DNA from: Stegostoma tigrinum
Lineage: Eukaryota
Assembly (NCBI RefSeq): GCF_030684315.1
Contig: NC_081387.1
Coordinates: 1,054,001-1,118,000, forward strand
Direction of reading: 5' to 3'
Length of the DNA: 64,000 bases
The position numbers and the translations under genes are program-made. The notes beneath the pieces were generated by a model. That model was not told the origin of the DNA, ran no database searches, and saw nothing but the letters and a program-made list of their open reading frames with translations. Shown one piece after another: positions 35,594 through 48,600 of this stretch (position 1 is its first letter; every line of letters starts with the position of its first letter).

Positions 35594-38500
35594 AGTCCGT
35601 CCGTCCGTCCCCATCACCGCTCCCCCGTCCCGGCCCGGCCCGTCCGTCCGTCCGTCCCCATCACCGCTCCCCCGTCCCGGCCCGGCCCGTCCGTCCGTCC
35701 GTCCCCATCACCGCTCCCCCGTCCCGGCCCGGCCCGTCCGTCCGTCCGTCCCCGTCACCGCTCCCCCGTCCCGGCCCGGCCCGTCCGTCCGTCCCCGTCA
35801 CCGCTCCCCCGTCCCGGCCCGGCCCGTCCGTCCGTCCCCGTCACCGCTCCCCCGTCCCGGCCCGGCCCGTCCGTCCGTCCCCGGCCCGGCCCGTCCGTCC
35901 CCGTCACCGCTCCCCCGTCCCGTCCCGGCCTGTCCGTCCGTCCGTCCGTCCCCATCACCGCTCCCCCGTCCCGTCCCGGCCTGTCCGTCCGTCCGTCCCC
36001 GTCACTGCTCCCCCGGCCCGTCCGTCCGTCCCCGTCACCGCTCCCCCGTCCCGGCCCGGCCCATCCGTCCGTCACCGTCACCGCTCCCCCGGCCCGGCCT
36101 GGCCCGTCCGTCCGTCCCCGTCACCGCTCCCCCTTCCCGGCCTGGCCTAGCCCGGCCCGTCCGTCCGTCCCCGTCACCGCTCCCCCGGCCCGGCCCGGCC
36201 CGTCCGTCCGTCCCCGTCACCGCTCCCCCGTCCCGGCCCGGCCTGGCCCGTCCGTCCGTCCCCGTCACCGCTCCCCCGTCCTGGCCCGGCCCGGCCCGTC
36301 CGTCCGTCCCCGTCACCGCTCCCCCGTCCCGTCCCGGCCCGGCCTGGCCCGTCCGTCCGTCCCCGTCACCGCTCCCCCGTCCCGGCCCGGCCTGGCCCGT
36401 CCGTCCGTCCCCGTCACCGCTCCCCCGTCCCGGCCCGGCCTGTCCGTCCGTCCCCCTCACCGCTCCCCCGGCCCGGCCCGTCCGTCCGTCCCCGTCACCG
36501 CTCCCCCGTCCCATCCCGGCCCGTCCGTCCACCTCACCACTCCCCCGGCCCGGCCCGGCCCGTCCGTCCGTCCCCGTCACCGCTCCCCCGTCCCGGCCCG
36601 GCCCGTCCTTCCGTCCCCGTCCCGGCCCGGCCCGTCCGTCCCCTTCACCGCTCCCCCGTCCCGGCCTGTCCGTCCGTCCGTCCCCGTCACCGCTCCCCCG
36701 GCCCGTCCGTCCGTCCCCGTCACCGCTCCCCCGTCCCGGCCCGGCCCATCCGTCCGTCCGTCCCCGTCACCGCTCCCCCGTCCCGGCCCGGCCCGTCCGT
36801 CCGTCCCCGTCACCGCTCCCCCGTCCCGGCCCGGCCCGTCCGTCCGTCCCCGTCACCGCTCCCCCGTCCCGGCCCGGCCCGTCCGTCCGTCCCCGTCACC
36901 GCTCCCCCGGCCCGGCCCGGCCCGTCCGTCCGTCCCCGTCACCGCTCCCCCGTCCCGGCCCGGCCCGTCCTTCCGTCCCCGTCCCGGCCCGGCCCGTCCG
37001 TCCCCTTCACCGCTCCCCCGTCCCGGCCCGGCCCATCCGTCCGTCCCCCTCACCGCTCCCCCGGCCCGGCCCGGCCCGTCCGTCCGTCCCCGTCACCGCT
37101 CCCCCGTCCCGGCCCGGCCCGTCCTTCCGTCCCCAACACCGCTCCCCCGTCCCGGCCCGGCCCATCCGTCCGTCACCGTCACCGCTCCCCCGTCCCGGCC
37201 CGGCCCATCCGTCCGTCACCGTCACCGCTCCCCCGTCCCGGCCCATCCGTCCGTCACCGTCACCGCTCCCCCGTCCCGGCCCATCCGTCCGTCACCGTCA
37301 CCGCTCCCCCGTCCCGGCCCGGCCCGTACGTCCGTCCCCATCACCGCTCCCCCGTCCCGGCCCGGCCTGGCCCGTCCGTCCGTCCCCCTCACCGCTCCCC
37401 CGTCCCGTCCGTCCCCGTCACCGCTCCCCCGTCCCGTCCCGGCCCGGCCCGGCCCATCCTTCCGTCCCCGTCACCGCTCCCCCTTCCCGGCCTGGCCCGG
37501 CCCGTCCGTCCGTCCCCGTCACCGCTCCCCCGTCCCATCCCGGCCCGTCCGTCCGTCCCCGTCACCGCTCCCCCGTCCCATCCCGGCCCGTCCGTCCCCG
37601 TCACCGCTCCCCCGTCCCGGCCTGTCCGTCCGTCCGTCCCCGTCACTGCTCCCCCGGCCCGTCCGTCCGTCCCCGTCACCGCTCCCCCTTCCCGGCCTGG
37701 CCCGGCCCGGCCCATCCGTCCGTCCCCCTCACCGCTCCCCCGTCCCATCCCGGCCCGTCCGTCCGTCCCCGTCACCGCTCCCCCGTCCCGTCCCGGCCCG
37801 GCCCGGCCCGGCCCATCCGTCCGTCCCCCTCACCGCTCCCCCGTCCCATCCCGGCCCGTCCGTCCCCGTCACCGCTCCCCCTTCCCGGCCTAGCCCGGCC
37901 TGGCCCGTCCGTCCGTCCCCGGCACCGCTCCCCCGTCCCGGCCAGGCCCATCCGTCCGTCCCCGTCACCGCTCCCCCTTCCCGGCCCGGCCCATCCGTCC
38001 GTCCCCCTCACCGCTCCCCCGTCCCATCCCGGCCCGTCCGTCCGTCCCCGTCACCGCTCCCCCGTCCCATCCCGGCCCGTCCGTCCCCGTCACCGCTCCC
38101 CCGTCCCGTGCCGGCCCGTCCGTCCGTCCCCGTCACCGCTCCCCCGTCCCGTCCCATCCCGGCCCGTCCGTCCGTCCCCGTCACCGCTCCCCCTTCCCGG
38201 CCCGTCCGTCCGTCCCCGTCACCGCTCCCCCTTCCCGGCCCGGCCCATCCGTCCGTCCCCCTCACCGCTCCCCCGTCCCATCCCGGCCCGTCCGTCCGTC
38301 CCCGTCACCGCTCCCCCGTCCCATCCCGGCCCGTCCGTCCCCGTCACCGCTCCCCCGTCCCGTGCCGGCCCGTCCGTCCGTCCCCGTCACCGCTCCCCCG
38401 TCCCATCCCGGCCCGTCCGTCCCCGTCACCGCTCCCCCGTCCCGTGCCGGCCCGTCCGTCCGTCCCCGTCACCGCTCCCCCTTCCCGGCCCGTCCGTCCG

Positions 38501-41500
38501 TCCCCGTCACCGCTCCCCCTTCCCGGCCTGGCCCAGCCCGGCCCGTCCGTCCGTCCCCGTCACCGCTCCCCCGTCCCGGCCCGGCCCATCCGTCCGTCCC
38601 CGTCACCGCTCCCCCGTCCCGGCCCGGCCCGGCCCGTCCGTCCGTCCCCGTCACCGCTCCCCCGTCCCGGCCCGTCCGTCCGTCCCCGTCACCGCTCCCC
38701 CGTCCCGGCCCGGCCCGGCCCGTCCGTCCGTCCCCGTCACCGCTCCCCCGTCCCGGCCCGTCCGTCCGTCCCCGTCACCGCTCCCCCGTCCCGGCCCGGC
38801 CCGGCCCGTCCGTCCGTCCCCGTCACCGCTCCCCCGTCCCGGCCCGGCCCGTCCGTCCGTCCGTCCCCGTCACCGCTCCCCCGTCCCGGCCCGGCCCGTC
38901 CGTCCGTCCCCGTCACCGCTCCCCCGTCCCGGCCCGGCCCGGTCCGTCCGTCCGTCCCCGTCACCGCTCCCCCGTCCCGGCCCGTCCGTCCGTCCCCGGC
39001 ACCGCTCCCCCGTCCCGGCCCGGCCCGTCCGTCCGTCCCCGTAACCGCTCCCCCGTCCCGGCCCGTCCCGGCCCGTCCGTCCGTCCCCGTCACCGCTCCC
39101 CCTTCCCGGCCCGTCCGTCCGTCCCCGTCACCGCTCCCCCTTCCCGGCCTGGCCCAGCCCGGCCCGTCCGTCCGTCCCCGTCACCGCTCCCCCGTCCCGG
39201 CCCGGCCCATCCGTCCGTCCCCGTCACCGCTCCCCCGTCCCGGCCCGGCCCGGCCCGTCCGTCCGTCCCCGTCACCGCTCCCCCGTCCCGGCCCGTCCGT
39301 CCGTCCCCGTCACCGCTCCCCCGTCCCGGCCCGTCCGTCCGTCCCCGTCACCGCTCCCCCGTCCCGGCCCGTCCGTCCGTCCCCGTCACCGCTCCCCCGT
39401 CCCGGCCCGTCCGTCCGTCCCCGTCACCGCTCCCCCGTCCCGGCCCGGCCTGGCCCGTCCGTCCGTCCCCGTCACCGCTCCCCCGTCCCGGCCCGGCCTG
39501 GCCCGTCCGTCCGTCCCCATCACCGCTCCCCCTTCCCGGCCCGGCCTGGCCCGTCCGTCCGTCCCCGTCACCGCTCCCCCTTCCCGGCCTGGCCCGGCCC
39601 GGCCCATCCGTCCGTCCCCGTCATCGCTCCCCCGTCCCATCCCGGCCCGTCCGTCCCCGTCACCGCTCCCCCGTCCCATCCCGGCCCATCCGTCCGTCCC
39701 CGTCACCTCTCCCCCGTCCCATCCCGGCCTGGCCCGTCCGTCCGTCCCCGTCACCGCTCCCCCGTCCCGGCCCGTCCGTCCGTCCCCGTCCCCGCTCCCC
39801 CATCCCGGCCCGGCCTGGCCCGTCCGTCCCCGTCACCGCTCCCCGTCCCATCCCGGCCCGTCCGTCCCCGTCACCGCTCCCCCGTCCCATCCCGTCCGTC
39901 CGTCCCCGTCACCGCTCCCCCTTCCCGGCCTGGCCCGGCCTGGCCCGTCCGTCCGTCCCCGTCACCGCTCCCCCGTCCCGTCCCGGCCCGTCCGTCCGTC
40001 CCCGTCACCGCTCCCCCGTCCCGGCCCGTCCGTCCGTCCCCGTCACCGCTCCCCCGTCCCGGCCCGGCCCGGCCCGTCCGTCCGTCCCCGTCACCGCTCC
40101 CCCGTCCCGGCCCGTCCGTCCGTCCCCGTCACCGCTCCCCCGTCCCGGCCCGTCCGTCCGTCCCCGTCACCGCTCCCCCGTCCCGGCCCGGCCCGGCCCG
40201 TCCGTCCGTCCCCGTCACCGCTCCCCCGTCCCGGCCCGTCCGTCCGTCCCCGTCACCGCTCCCCCGTCCCGGCCCGGCCCGGCCGTCCGTCCCCGTCACC
40301 GCTCCCCCGTCCCGGCCCGTCCGTCCGTCCCCGTCACCGCTCCCCCGTCCCATCCCGGCCCGTCCGTCCCCGTCACCGCTCCTCCGTCCCGGCCCGGCCT
40401 GGCCCGTCCCCGTCACCGCTCCCCCGTCCCGGCCCGGCCCGGCCCGTCCGTCCGTCCCCGTCACCGCTCCCCCGGCCCGGCCCGTCCGTCCGTCCCCGTC
40501 ACCGCTCCCCCGTCCCGGCCCGGCCTGGCCCGTCCCCGTCACCGCTCCCCCGTCCCGGCCCGGCCCGGCCCGTCCGTCCGTCCCCGTCACCGCTCCCCCG
40601 TCCTGGCCCGGCCCGGCCCGTCCGTCCGTCCGTCCGTCCCCAACACCGCTCCCCCGTCCCGGCCCGGCCCGTCCGTCCGTCCCCCTCACCGCTCCCCAGG
40701 CCCGGCCCGTCCGTCCGTCCCCGTCACCGCTCCCCCGTCCCATCCCGGCCCGTCCGTCCCCGTCACCGCTCCTCCGTCCCGGCCCGGCCTGGCCCGTCCC
40801 CGTCACCGCTCCCCCGTCCCGGCCCGGCCTGGCCCGTCCGTCCGTCCCCGTCACCGCTCCCCCGTCCCATCCCGGCCCGTCCGTCCCCGTCACCGCTCCT
40901 CCGTCCCGGCCCGGCCTGGCCCGTCCGTCCGTCCCCGTCACCGCTCCCCCGTCCCGGCCCGTCCGTCCGTCCCCGTCACCGCTCCCCCGTCCCGGCCCGT
41001 CCGTCCGTCCCCGTCACCGCTCCCCCGTCCCGGCCCGTCCGTCCGTCCCCGTCACCGCTCCCCCGTCCCGGCCCGGCCTGGCCCGTCCCCGTCACCGCTC
41101 CCCCGTCCCGGCCCGGCCCGGCCCGTCCGTCCGTCCCCGTCACCGCTCCCCCGGCCCGGCCCGGCCCGTCCGTCCGTCCCCGTCACCGCTCCCCCGTCCC
41201 GGACCGGCCTGGCCCGTCCCCGTCACCGCTCCCCCTTCCCGGCCCGGCCCGTCCGTCCGTCCCCGTCACCGCTCCCCCTTCCCGGCCCGGCCCGTCCGTC
41301 CGTCCCCGTCACCGCTCCCCCTTCCCGGCCCGGCCCGTCCGTCCGTCCCCGTCACCGCTCCCCCTTCCCGGCCCGGCCCGTCCGTCCGTCCCCATCACCG
41401 CTCCCCCGTCCCGGCCCGGCCTGGCCCATCCGTCCGTCCCCGTCACCGCTCCCCCGTCCCATCCCGGCCCGTCCGTCCCCGTCACCGCTCCCCCTTCCCG

Positions 41501-44290
41501 GCCTGGCCCGGCCTGGCCCGTCCGTCTGTCCCCGTCACCGCTCCCCAGGCCGGGCCCGTCCGTCCGTCCCCGTCACCGCTCCCCCGTCCCGGCCCGTCCG
41601 TCCGTCCCCGTCACCGCTCCCCCGTCCCAGCCCGTCCGTCCGTCCCCAACACCACTCCCCCGGCCGGAACCGTCCGTCCGTCGCCGTCACCGCTCCCCCG
41701 TCCCGGCCCGGCCCGGCCCGTCCGTCCGTCGCCCTCACCGCTCCCCCGTCCCGGCCCGGCCTGGCCCGGCCCGTCCCCGTCACCGCTCCCCCGTCCCGGC
41801 CCGGCCTGGCCCGTCCGTCCGTCCCCGTCACCGCTCCCCCGTCCTGGCCCGGCCCGGCCCGTCCGTCCGTCCGTCCGTCCCCAACACCGCTCCCCCGTCC
41901 CGGCCCGGCCCATCCGTCCGTCCCCGTCACCACTCCCCCTTCCCGGCCCGGCCTGGCCCATCCGTCCGTCCCCGTCACCGCTCCCCCGTCCCGGCCCGGC
42001 CTGGCCCGTCCGTCCGTCCCCGTCACCGCTCCCCCGTCCTGGCCCGGCCCGGCCCGTCCGTCCGTCCGTCCGTCCCCAACACCGCTCCCCCGTCCCGGCC
42101 CGGCCCATCCGTCCGTCCCCGTCACCACTCCCCCTTCCCGGCCCGGCCTGGCCCATCCGTCCGTCCCCGTCACCGCTCCCCCGTCCCATCCCGGCCTGTC
42201 CGTCCGTCCCCGTCACCGCTCCCCCGTCCCATCCCGGCCCGTCCGTCCCCGTCACCGCTCCCCCGTCCCATCCCGGCCCGTCCGTCCCCGTCACCGCTCC
42301 CCCTTCCCGGCCTGGCCCGTCCGTCCGTCCCCGTCACCGCTCCCCCTTCCCGGCCTGGCCCGGCCTGGCCCGTCCGTCCGTCCCCGTCACCGCTCCCCCG
42401 TCCCGGCCCGTCCGTCCGTCCCCGTCACCGCTCCCCCGTCCCGGCCCGTCCGTCCGTCCCCGTCACCGCTCCCCCGTCCCGTCCCGTCCCGGCCCGTCCG
42501 TCCGTCCCCGTCACCGCTCCCCCGTCCCAGCCCGTCCGTCCGTCCCCAACACCGCTCCCCCGTCCCGGCCCGGCCTGGCCCGTCCCCGTCACCGCTCCCC
42601 CGTCCCGGCCCGGCCCATCCGTCCGTCACCGTCACCGCTCCCCCGTCCCGTCCCGGCCCGTCCGTCCGTCCCCCTCACCGCTCCCCCGTCCCGGCCCGTC
42701 CGTCCGTCCCCGTCACCGCTCCCCCGTCCCGGCCAGGCCCGTCCGTCCGTCCCCGTCACCGCTCCCCCGTCCCGGCCCGGCCTGGCCCGTCCCCGTCACC
42801 GCTCCCCCGTCCCGGCCCGGCCTGGCCCGTCCGTCCGTCCCCGTCACCGCTCCCCCGTCCTGGCCCGGCCCGGCCCGTCCGTCCGTCCGTCCGTCCCCAA
42901 CACCGCTCCCCCGTCCCGGCCCGGCCCATCCGTCCGTCACCGTCACCGCTCCCCCGTCCCGGCCCGGCCCGTCCGTCCGTCCCCCTCACCGCTCCCCCGG
43001 CCCGGCCCGTCCGTCCGTCCCCGTCACCGCTCCCCCGTCCCGGCCCGGCCCGGCCCGGCCCGTCCGTCCGTCCCCGTCACCGCTCCCCCGTCCCGGCCCG
43101 TCCGTCCGTCCCCGTCACCGCTCCCCCGTCCCGGCCCGGCCCGGCCCGTCCGTCCGTCCCCGTCACCGCTCCCCCGTCCCGGCCCGGCCCGGCCCGTCCG
43201 TCCGTCCCCGTCACCGCTCCCCCGTCCCGGCCCGGCCCGGCCCGTCCGTCCGTCCCCGTCACCGCTCCCCCGGCCCGGCCCGGCCCGTCCGTCCGATCCC
43301 GTCACCGCTCCCCCGTCCTGGCCCGGCCCGGCCCGTCCGTCCGTCCGTCCGTCCCCAACACAGCTCCCCCGTCCCGGCCCGGCCCGTCCGTCCGTCCCCG
43401 TCACCGCTCCCCCGTCCCGGCCCGGCCTGGCCCGTCCGTCCGTCCCCGTCACCGCTCCCCCGTCCCGGCCTGGCCCGGCCCGTCCGTCCGTCCCCGTCAC
43501 CGCTCCCCCGTCCCATCCCGGCCCGTCCGTCCCCGTCACCGCTCCTCCGTCCCGGCCCGGCCTGGCCCGTCCGTCCGTCCCCGTCACCGCTCCCCCGTCC
43601 CGGCCTGGCCCGGCCCGTCCGTCCGTCCCCGTCACCGCTCCCCCGTCCCATCCCGGCCCGTCCGTCCCCGTCACCGCTCCTCCGTCCCGGCCCGGCCTGG
43701 CCCGTCCGTCCGTCCCCGTCACCGCTCCCCCGTCCTGGCCCGGCCCGGCCCGTCCGTCCGTCCGTCCGTCCCCAACACCGCTCCCCCGGCCCGGCCCGGC
43801 CCATCCGTCCGTCACCGTCACCGCTCCCCCGTCCCGGCCAGGCCCGTCCGTCCGTCCCCGTCACCGCTCCCCCGTCCCGGCCCGTCCGTCCGTCCCCGTC
43901 ACCGCTCCCCCGTCCCGGCCCGGCCCGGCCCGTCCGTCCGTCCCCGTCACCGCTCCCCCGTCCCGGCCCGGCCCGGCCCGTCCGTCCGTCCCCGTCACTG
44001 CTCCCCCGTCCCGGCCCGTCCGTCCGTCCCCGTCACCGCTCCCCCGTCCCGGCCCGGCCCGGCCCGTCCGTCCGTCCCCGTCACTGCTCTCCCGTCCCGG
44101 CCCGTCCGTCCGTCCCCGTCACCGCTCCCCCGTCCCATCCCGGCCCGTCCGTCCCCGTCACCGCTCCTCCGTCCCGTCCCGGCCCTGCCTGGCCCGTCCC
44201 CGTCACCGCTCCCCCGTCCCGGCCCGGCCTGGCCCGTCCCCGTCACCGCTCCCCCGTCCCGGCCCGGCCTGGCCCGTCCGTCCGTCCCCC
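35594..44290 (+). repeat. 8.7-kb GC-rich modular satellite filling MHC intron 3
   Basis: Core CCCCGTCACCGCTCCCCC joined to variable numbers of (GGCCC) and (GTCC) modules; extreme C/G strand skew. Confidence 0.97.
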
Positions 44291-44351
44291 TCTCTGCTCC
44301 CCCTGTCCCCGCTGTCCCCCACACAGTGTCCCCCCCCTGTCTCACACTGAC

Positions 44352-44624
44352 CTGGTCTCAGTTCTGTCTCTCCGTGTCTGAGGTATCTCTTCAGCCACTC
44401 GATACACGTTCCCTCCAGGTAACCCTTTTTCCGCTGGTTTAGTCCCTGATCCTGCTCCCACTTGTTCTTGGTGATCTGCCCCGCAGTGACCGGGGTGGCC
44501 CACACCATCCTGTCCTTGTCGAAGCTGATGAAGTCCTTGTAGTCCCAGCCGAACTGATAAAACCCCGCGGTGCTGCCGCCGTCCCGGAGCTCACAGCCGT
44601 ACACCAGCTGCCACGAGTGGATCC
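44352..44624 (-). CDS. UAA: MHC class I exon 3 (alpha2 domain), 273 bp
   Basis: GIHSWQLVYGCELRDGG...DFISFDKDRMVW...ITKNKWEQ...GYLEGTCIEWLKRYL; two Cys plus F123, T143, K146, W147, Y159, Y171 equivalents; CCACAG acceptor, GTCAGT donor. Confidence 0.96.
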
Positions 44625-44646
44625 CTGTGGGTCACAGAGAGAGACA

Positions 44647-44778
44647 GCCAATCACAGGGAGGGATCGCACGGGGCGGCCAATCACAGGGAGGGATCGCAC
44701 GGGGCGGCCAATGACAGGGAGGGATCGCACGAGGCGGCCAATGACAGGGAGGGATCGCACGGGGGCGGCCAATGACAG
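44647..44778 (+). repeat. 30-bp tandem repeat (about 4.4 copies) in MHC intron 2
   Basis: GCCAAT(C/G)ACAGGGAGGGATCGCACGGGGCG. Confidence 0.93.
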
Positions 44779-44825
44779 CCCCGCCCCGGCCCGGGCCCGA
44801 TCCCCGCGGATCCCCTCTCACTTAC

Positions 44826-45085
44826 CCCCGGTCTGGTTGGTCCGTTCGCTCAGGATCTGGATCGCGGTCTTTCCCCCGACTCCCAGCCCCGCAGGTTCTG
44901 TGTCTCTCTGTCCCAATAATCCGGCCCCTCACGCTCCGCCATCCAGCGCTGCCGGGGGATGTCCCTCCGGATCTCGCTGTCGTAGTAATCAATCGGTTTC
45001 TCATCCACGTACCCGACCGCCACAAACTCCGGGACTCCCGGCAGGGGGGTGGTCCAGGTGTGAACATACCGGAGACTGTGAGACC
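44826..45085 (-). CDS. UAA: MHC class I exon 2 (alpha1 domain); 260 bp with an apparent 1-nt deletion at the G-run 44873-44877
   Basis: Manual translation GSHSLRYVHTWTTPLPGVPEFVAVGYVDEKPIDYYDSEIRRDIPRQRWMAEREGPDYWDRETQNLRGWESG/(G)KTAIQILSERTNQTG; Y7, Y59, R84 and the N86 glycosylation sequon NQT are present; acceptor TTCAG, donor GTAAG. Confidence 0.93.
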
Positions 45086-45132
45086 CTGAAACACAGAGAC
45101 AGAGAGATCAGGGGGCGATCCCGCCGGGAGAC

Positions 45133-45570
45133 ACCCCCCACAGCCCGGTCTCACCCCCCCCCCCCACACAGCCCGGTCTCACACCCCCCCCCACAGCCCG
45201 GTCTCACCCCCCCCCCCACAGCCCGGTCTCACCCCCCCCCCCACAGCCCGGTCTCACCCCCCCCCCCCCACAGCCCGGTCTCACACCCCCCCCCCCCCAC
45301 AGCCCGGTCTCACACCCCCCCCCCCCACAGCCCGGTCTCACCCCCCCCCCCCCCCACAGCCCGGTCTCACCCCCCCCCCCCCCCACAGCCCGGTCTCACC
45401 CCCCCCCCCCCTCCCCACAGCCCGGTCTCACACCCCCCCCCCCCACAGCCCGGTCTCACACCCCCCCCCCCCCCCCCACAGCCCGGTCTCACCCCCCCCC
45501 CCCACAGCCCGGTCTCACCCCCCCACCCCACAGCCCGGTCTCACACCCCCCCCTCCCCGCACAGCCCGGG
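45133..45570 (+). repeat. C-tract minisatellite (CACAGCCCGGTCTCAC-Cn) at the 3' end of intron 1
   Basis: About 16 copies with variable poly-C. Confidence 0.92.
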
Positions 45571-45682
45571 TGCCCGTCCCGCCGGCCCCCGGAACCGAGA
45601 CACAGCGATCAGATCAAACCCGCCAACGCAATCTCAGAACCACCTCCAGCTGCTGGCACAGACACCGCGAAATAACGTAAAA

Positions 45683-48600
45683 CCCCCTGTAAATAACCAC
45701 TAAATCACACAGAGCCCCCTGTAAATAATCACTAAATCACACAGAGCCCCCTGTAAATAATCCCTAAATCACACAGAGCCCCCTGTAAATAAACCCTAAA
45801 TCACACAGAGCCCCCTGTAAATAATCTCTAAAACACACAAAGCCTCCTGTAAATAATCTCTAAATCACACAGAGCCCCCTGTAAATAAACATTAAATCAC
45901 ACAGAGCCTCCTGTAAATAATCTCTAAATCACACAGAGCCCCCTGTAAATAATCCCTAAATCACACAGAGCCTCCTGTAAATAATCTCTAAATCACACAG
46001 AGCCCCCTGTAAATAAACATTAAATCACACAGAGCCCCCTGTAAATAATCCCTAAATCACACAGAGCCTCCTGTAAATAATCTCTAAATCACACAGAGCC
46101 CCCTGTAAATAAACATTAAATCACACAGAGCCTCCTGTAAATAATCTCTAAATCACACAGAGCCCCCTGTAAATAAACATTAAATCACACAGAGCCCCCT
46201 GTAAATAATCCCTAAATCACACAGAGCCCCCTGTAAATAATCCCTAAATCACACAGAGCCCCCTGTAAATAATCTCTAAAACACACAGAGCCCCCTGTAA
46301 ATAATCTCTAAAACACACAGAGCCCCCTGTAAATAAACATTAAATCACACAGAGCCCACTGTAAATAATCTCTAAATCACACAGAGCCCCCTGTAAATAA
46401 ACATTAAATCACACAGAGCCCCCTGTAAATAAACACTAAATCACACAGAGCCCCCTGTAAATAAACCCTAAATCACACAGAGCCCCCTGTAAATAATCTC
46501 TAAAACACACAGAGCCCCCTGTAAATAAACATTAAATCACCCAGAGCCCCCTGTAAATAATCACTAAATCACACAGAGCCCCCTGTAAATAAACACTAAA
46601 TCACACAGAGCCCCCTGTAAATAATCCCTAAATCACACAGAGCCCCCTGTAAATAATCACTAAATCACACAGAGCCCCCTGTAAATAATCCCTAAATCAC
46701 ACAGAGCCCCCTGTAAATAATCCCTAAATCACACAGAGCCTCCTGTAAATAATCTCTAAATCACACAGAGCCCCCTATAAATAAACATTAAATCACACAG
46801 AGCCTCCTGTAAATAATCTCTAAATCACACAGAGCCCCCTGTAAATAAACATTAAATCACACAGAGCCCCCTGTAAATAATCCCTAAATCACACAGAGCC
46901 CCCTGTAAATAATCCCTAAATCACACAGAGCCCCCTGTAAATAATCTCTAAAACACACAGAGCCCCCTGTAAATAATCTCTAAAACACACAGAGCCCCCT
47001 GTAAATAAACATTAAATCACACAGAGCCCCCTGTAAATAATCATTAAATCACACAGAGCCCCCTGTAAATAATCTCTAAAACACACAGAGCCCCCTGTAA
47101 ATAAACATTAAATCACACAGAGCCTCCTGTAAATAATCCCCAAATCACACAGAGCCCCCTGTAAATAATCACTAAATCACACAGAGCCCCCTGTAAATAA
47201 TCCCTAAATCACACAGAGCCCCCTGTAAATAATCACTAAATCACACAGAGCCCCCTGTAAATAATCCCTAAATCACACAGAGCCCCCTGTAAATAAACAT
47301 TAAATCACACAGAGCGCCCTGTAAATAATCCCTAAATCACACAGAGCCTCCTGTAAATAATCTCTAAATCACACAGAGCCCCCTGTAAATAAACATTAAA
47401 TCACACAGAGCCCCCTGTAAATAAACACTAAATCACACAGAGCCCCCTGTAAATAATCACTAAATCACACAGAGCCCCCTGTAAATAAACCCTAAATCAC
47501 ACAGAGCCCCCTGTAAATAATCTCTAAAACACACAGAGCCCCCTGTAAATAAACATTAAATCACACAGAGCCCCCTGTAAATAATCACTCAATCACACAG
47601 AGCCCCCTGTAAATAAACACTAAATCACACAGAGCCCCCTGTAAATAATCCCTAAATCACACAGAGCCCCCTGTAAATAATCACTAAATCACACAGAGCC
47701 CCCTGTAAATAATCCCTAAATCACACAGAGCCCCCTGTAAATAATCCCCAAATCACACAGAGCCTCCTGTAAATAATCTCTAAATCACACAGAGCCCCCT
47801 GTAAATAAACATTAAATCACACAGAGCCCCCTGTAAATAATCCCTAAATCACACAGAGCCTCCTGTAAATAATCTCTAAATCACACAGAGCCCCCTGTAA
47901 ATAATCACTAAATCACACAGAGCCCCCTGTAAATAATCCCTAAATCACACAGAGCCTCCTGTAAATAATCTCTAAATCACACAGAGCCCCCTGTAAATAA
48001 TCCCTAAATCACACACAGCCCCCTGTAAATAATCCCTAAATCACACAGAGCCCCCTGTAAATAATCACTAAATCACACAGAGCCTCCTGTAAATAATCCC
48101 TAAATCACACAGAGCCTCCTGTAAATAATCTCTAAAACACACAGAGCCTCCTGTAAATAATCTCTAAAACACACAGAGCCCCCTGTAAATAAACATTAAA
48201 TCACACAGAGCCCCCTGTAAATAATCACTAAATCACACAGAGCCCCCTGTAAATAATCCCTAAATCACACAGAGCCCCCTGTAAATAATCTCTAAAACAC
48301 ACAGAGCCCCCTGTAAATAATCACTAAAACACACAGAGCCCCCTGTAAATAATCACTAAATCACACAGAGCCTCCTGTAAATAATCTCTAAAACACACAG
48401 AGCCCCCTGTAAATAAACATTAAATCACACAGAGCCCCCTGTAAATAATCACTAAATCACAGAGCCTCCTGTAAATAATCTCTAAAACACACAGAGCCCC
48501 TGTAAATAAACATTAAATCACACAGAGCCCACTGCAAATAATCCCTAAATCACACAGAGCCTCCTGTAAATAATCCCCAAATCACAACAGAGCCCCCTGT

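Noticed and set aside
35250-44442. Giant Pro/Arg-rich ORFs (1264, 2974, 2026 aa) and many Gly-rich minus-strand ORFs
   Set aside because: They arise from a stop-poor GC satellite that is open in several frames and lies inside an MHC intron
44352-45085. Non-classical class I lineage
   Set aside because: All peptide-terminus anchoring residues (Y7, Y59, R84, F123, T143, K146, W147, Y159, Y171) are present; formal lineage assignment still needs a phylogeny
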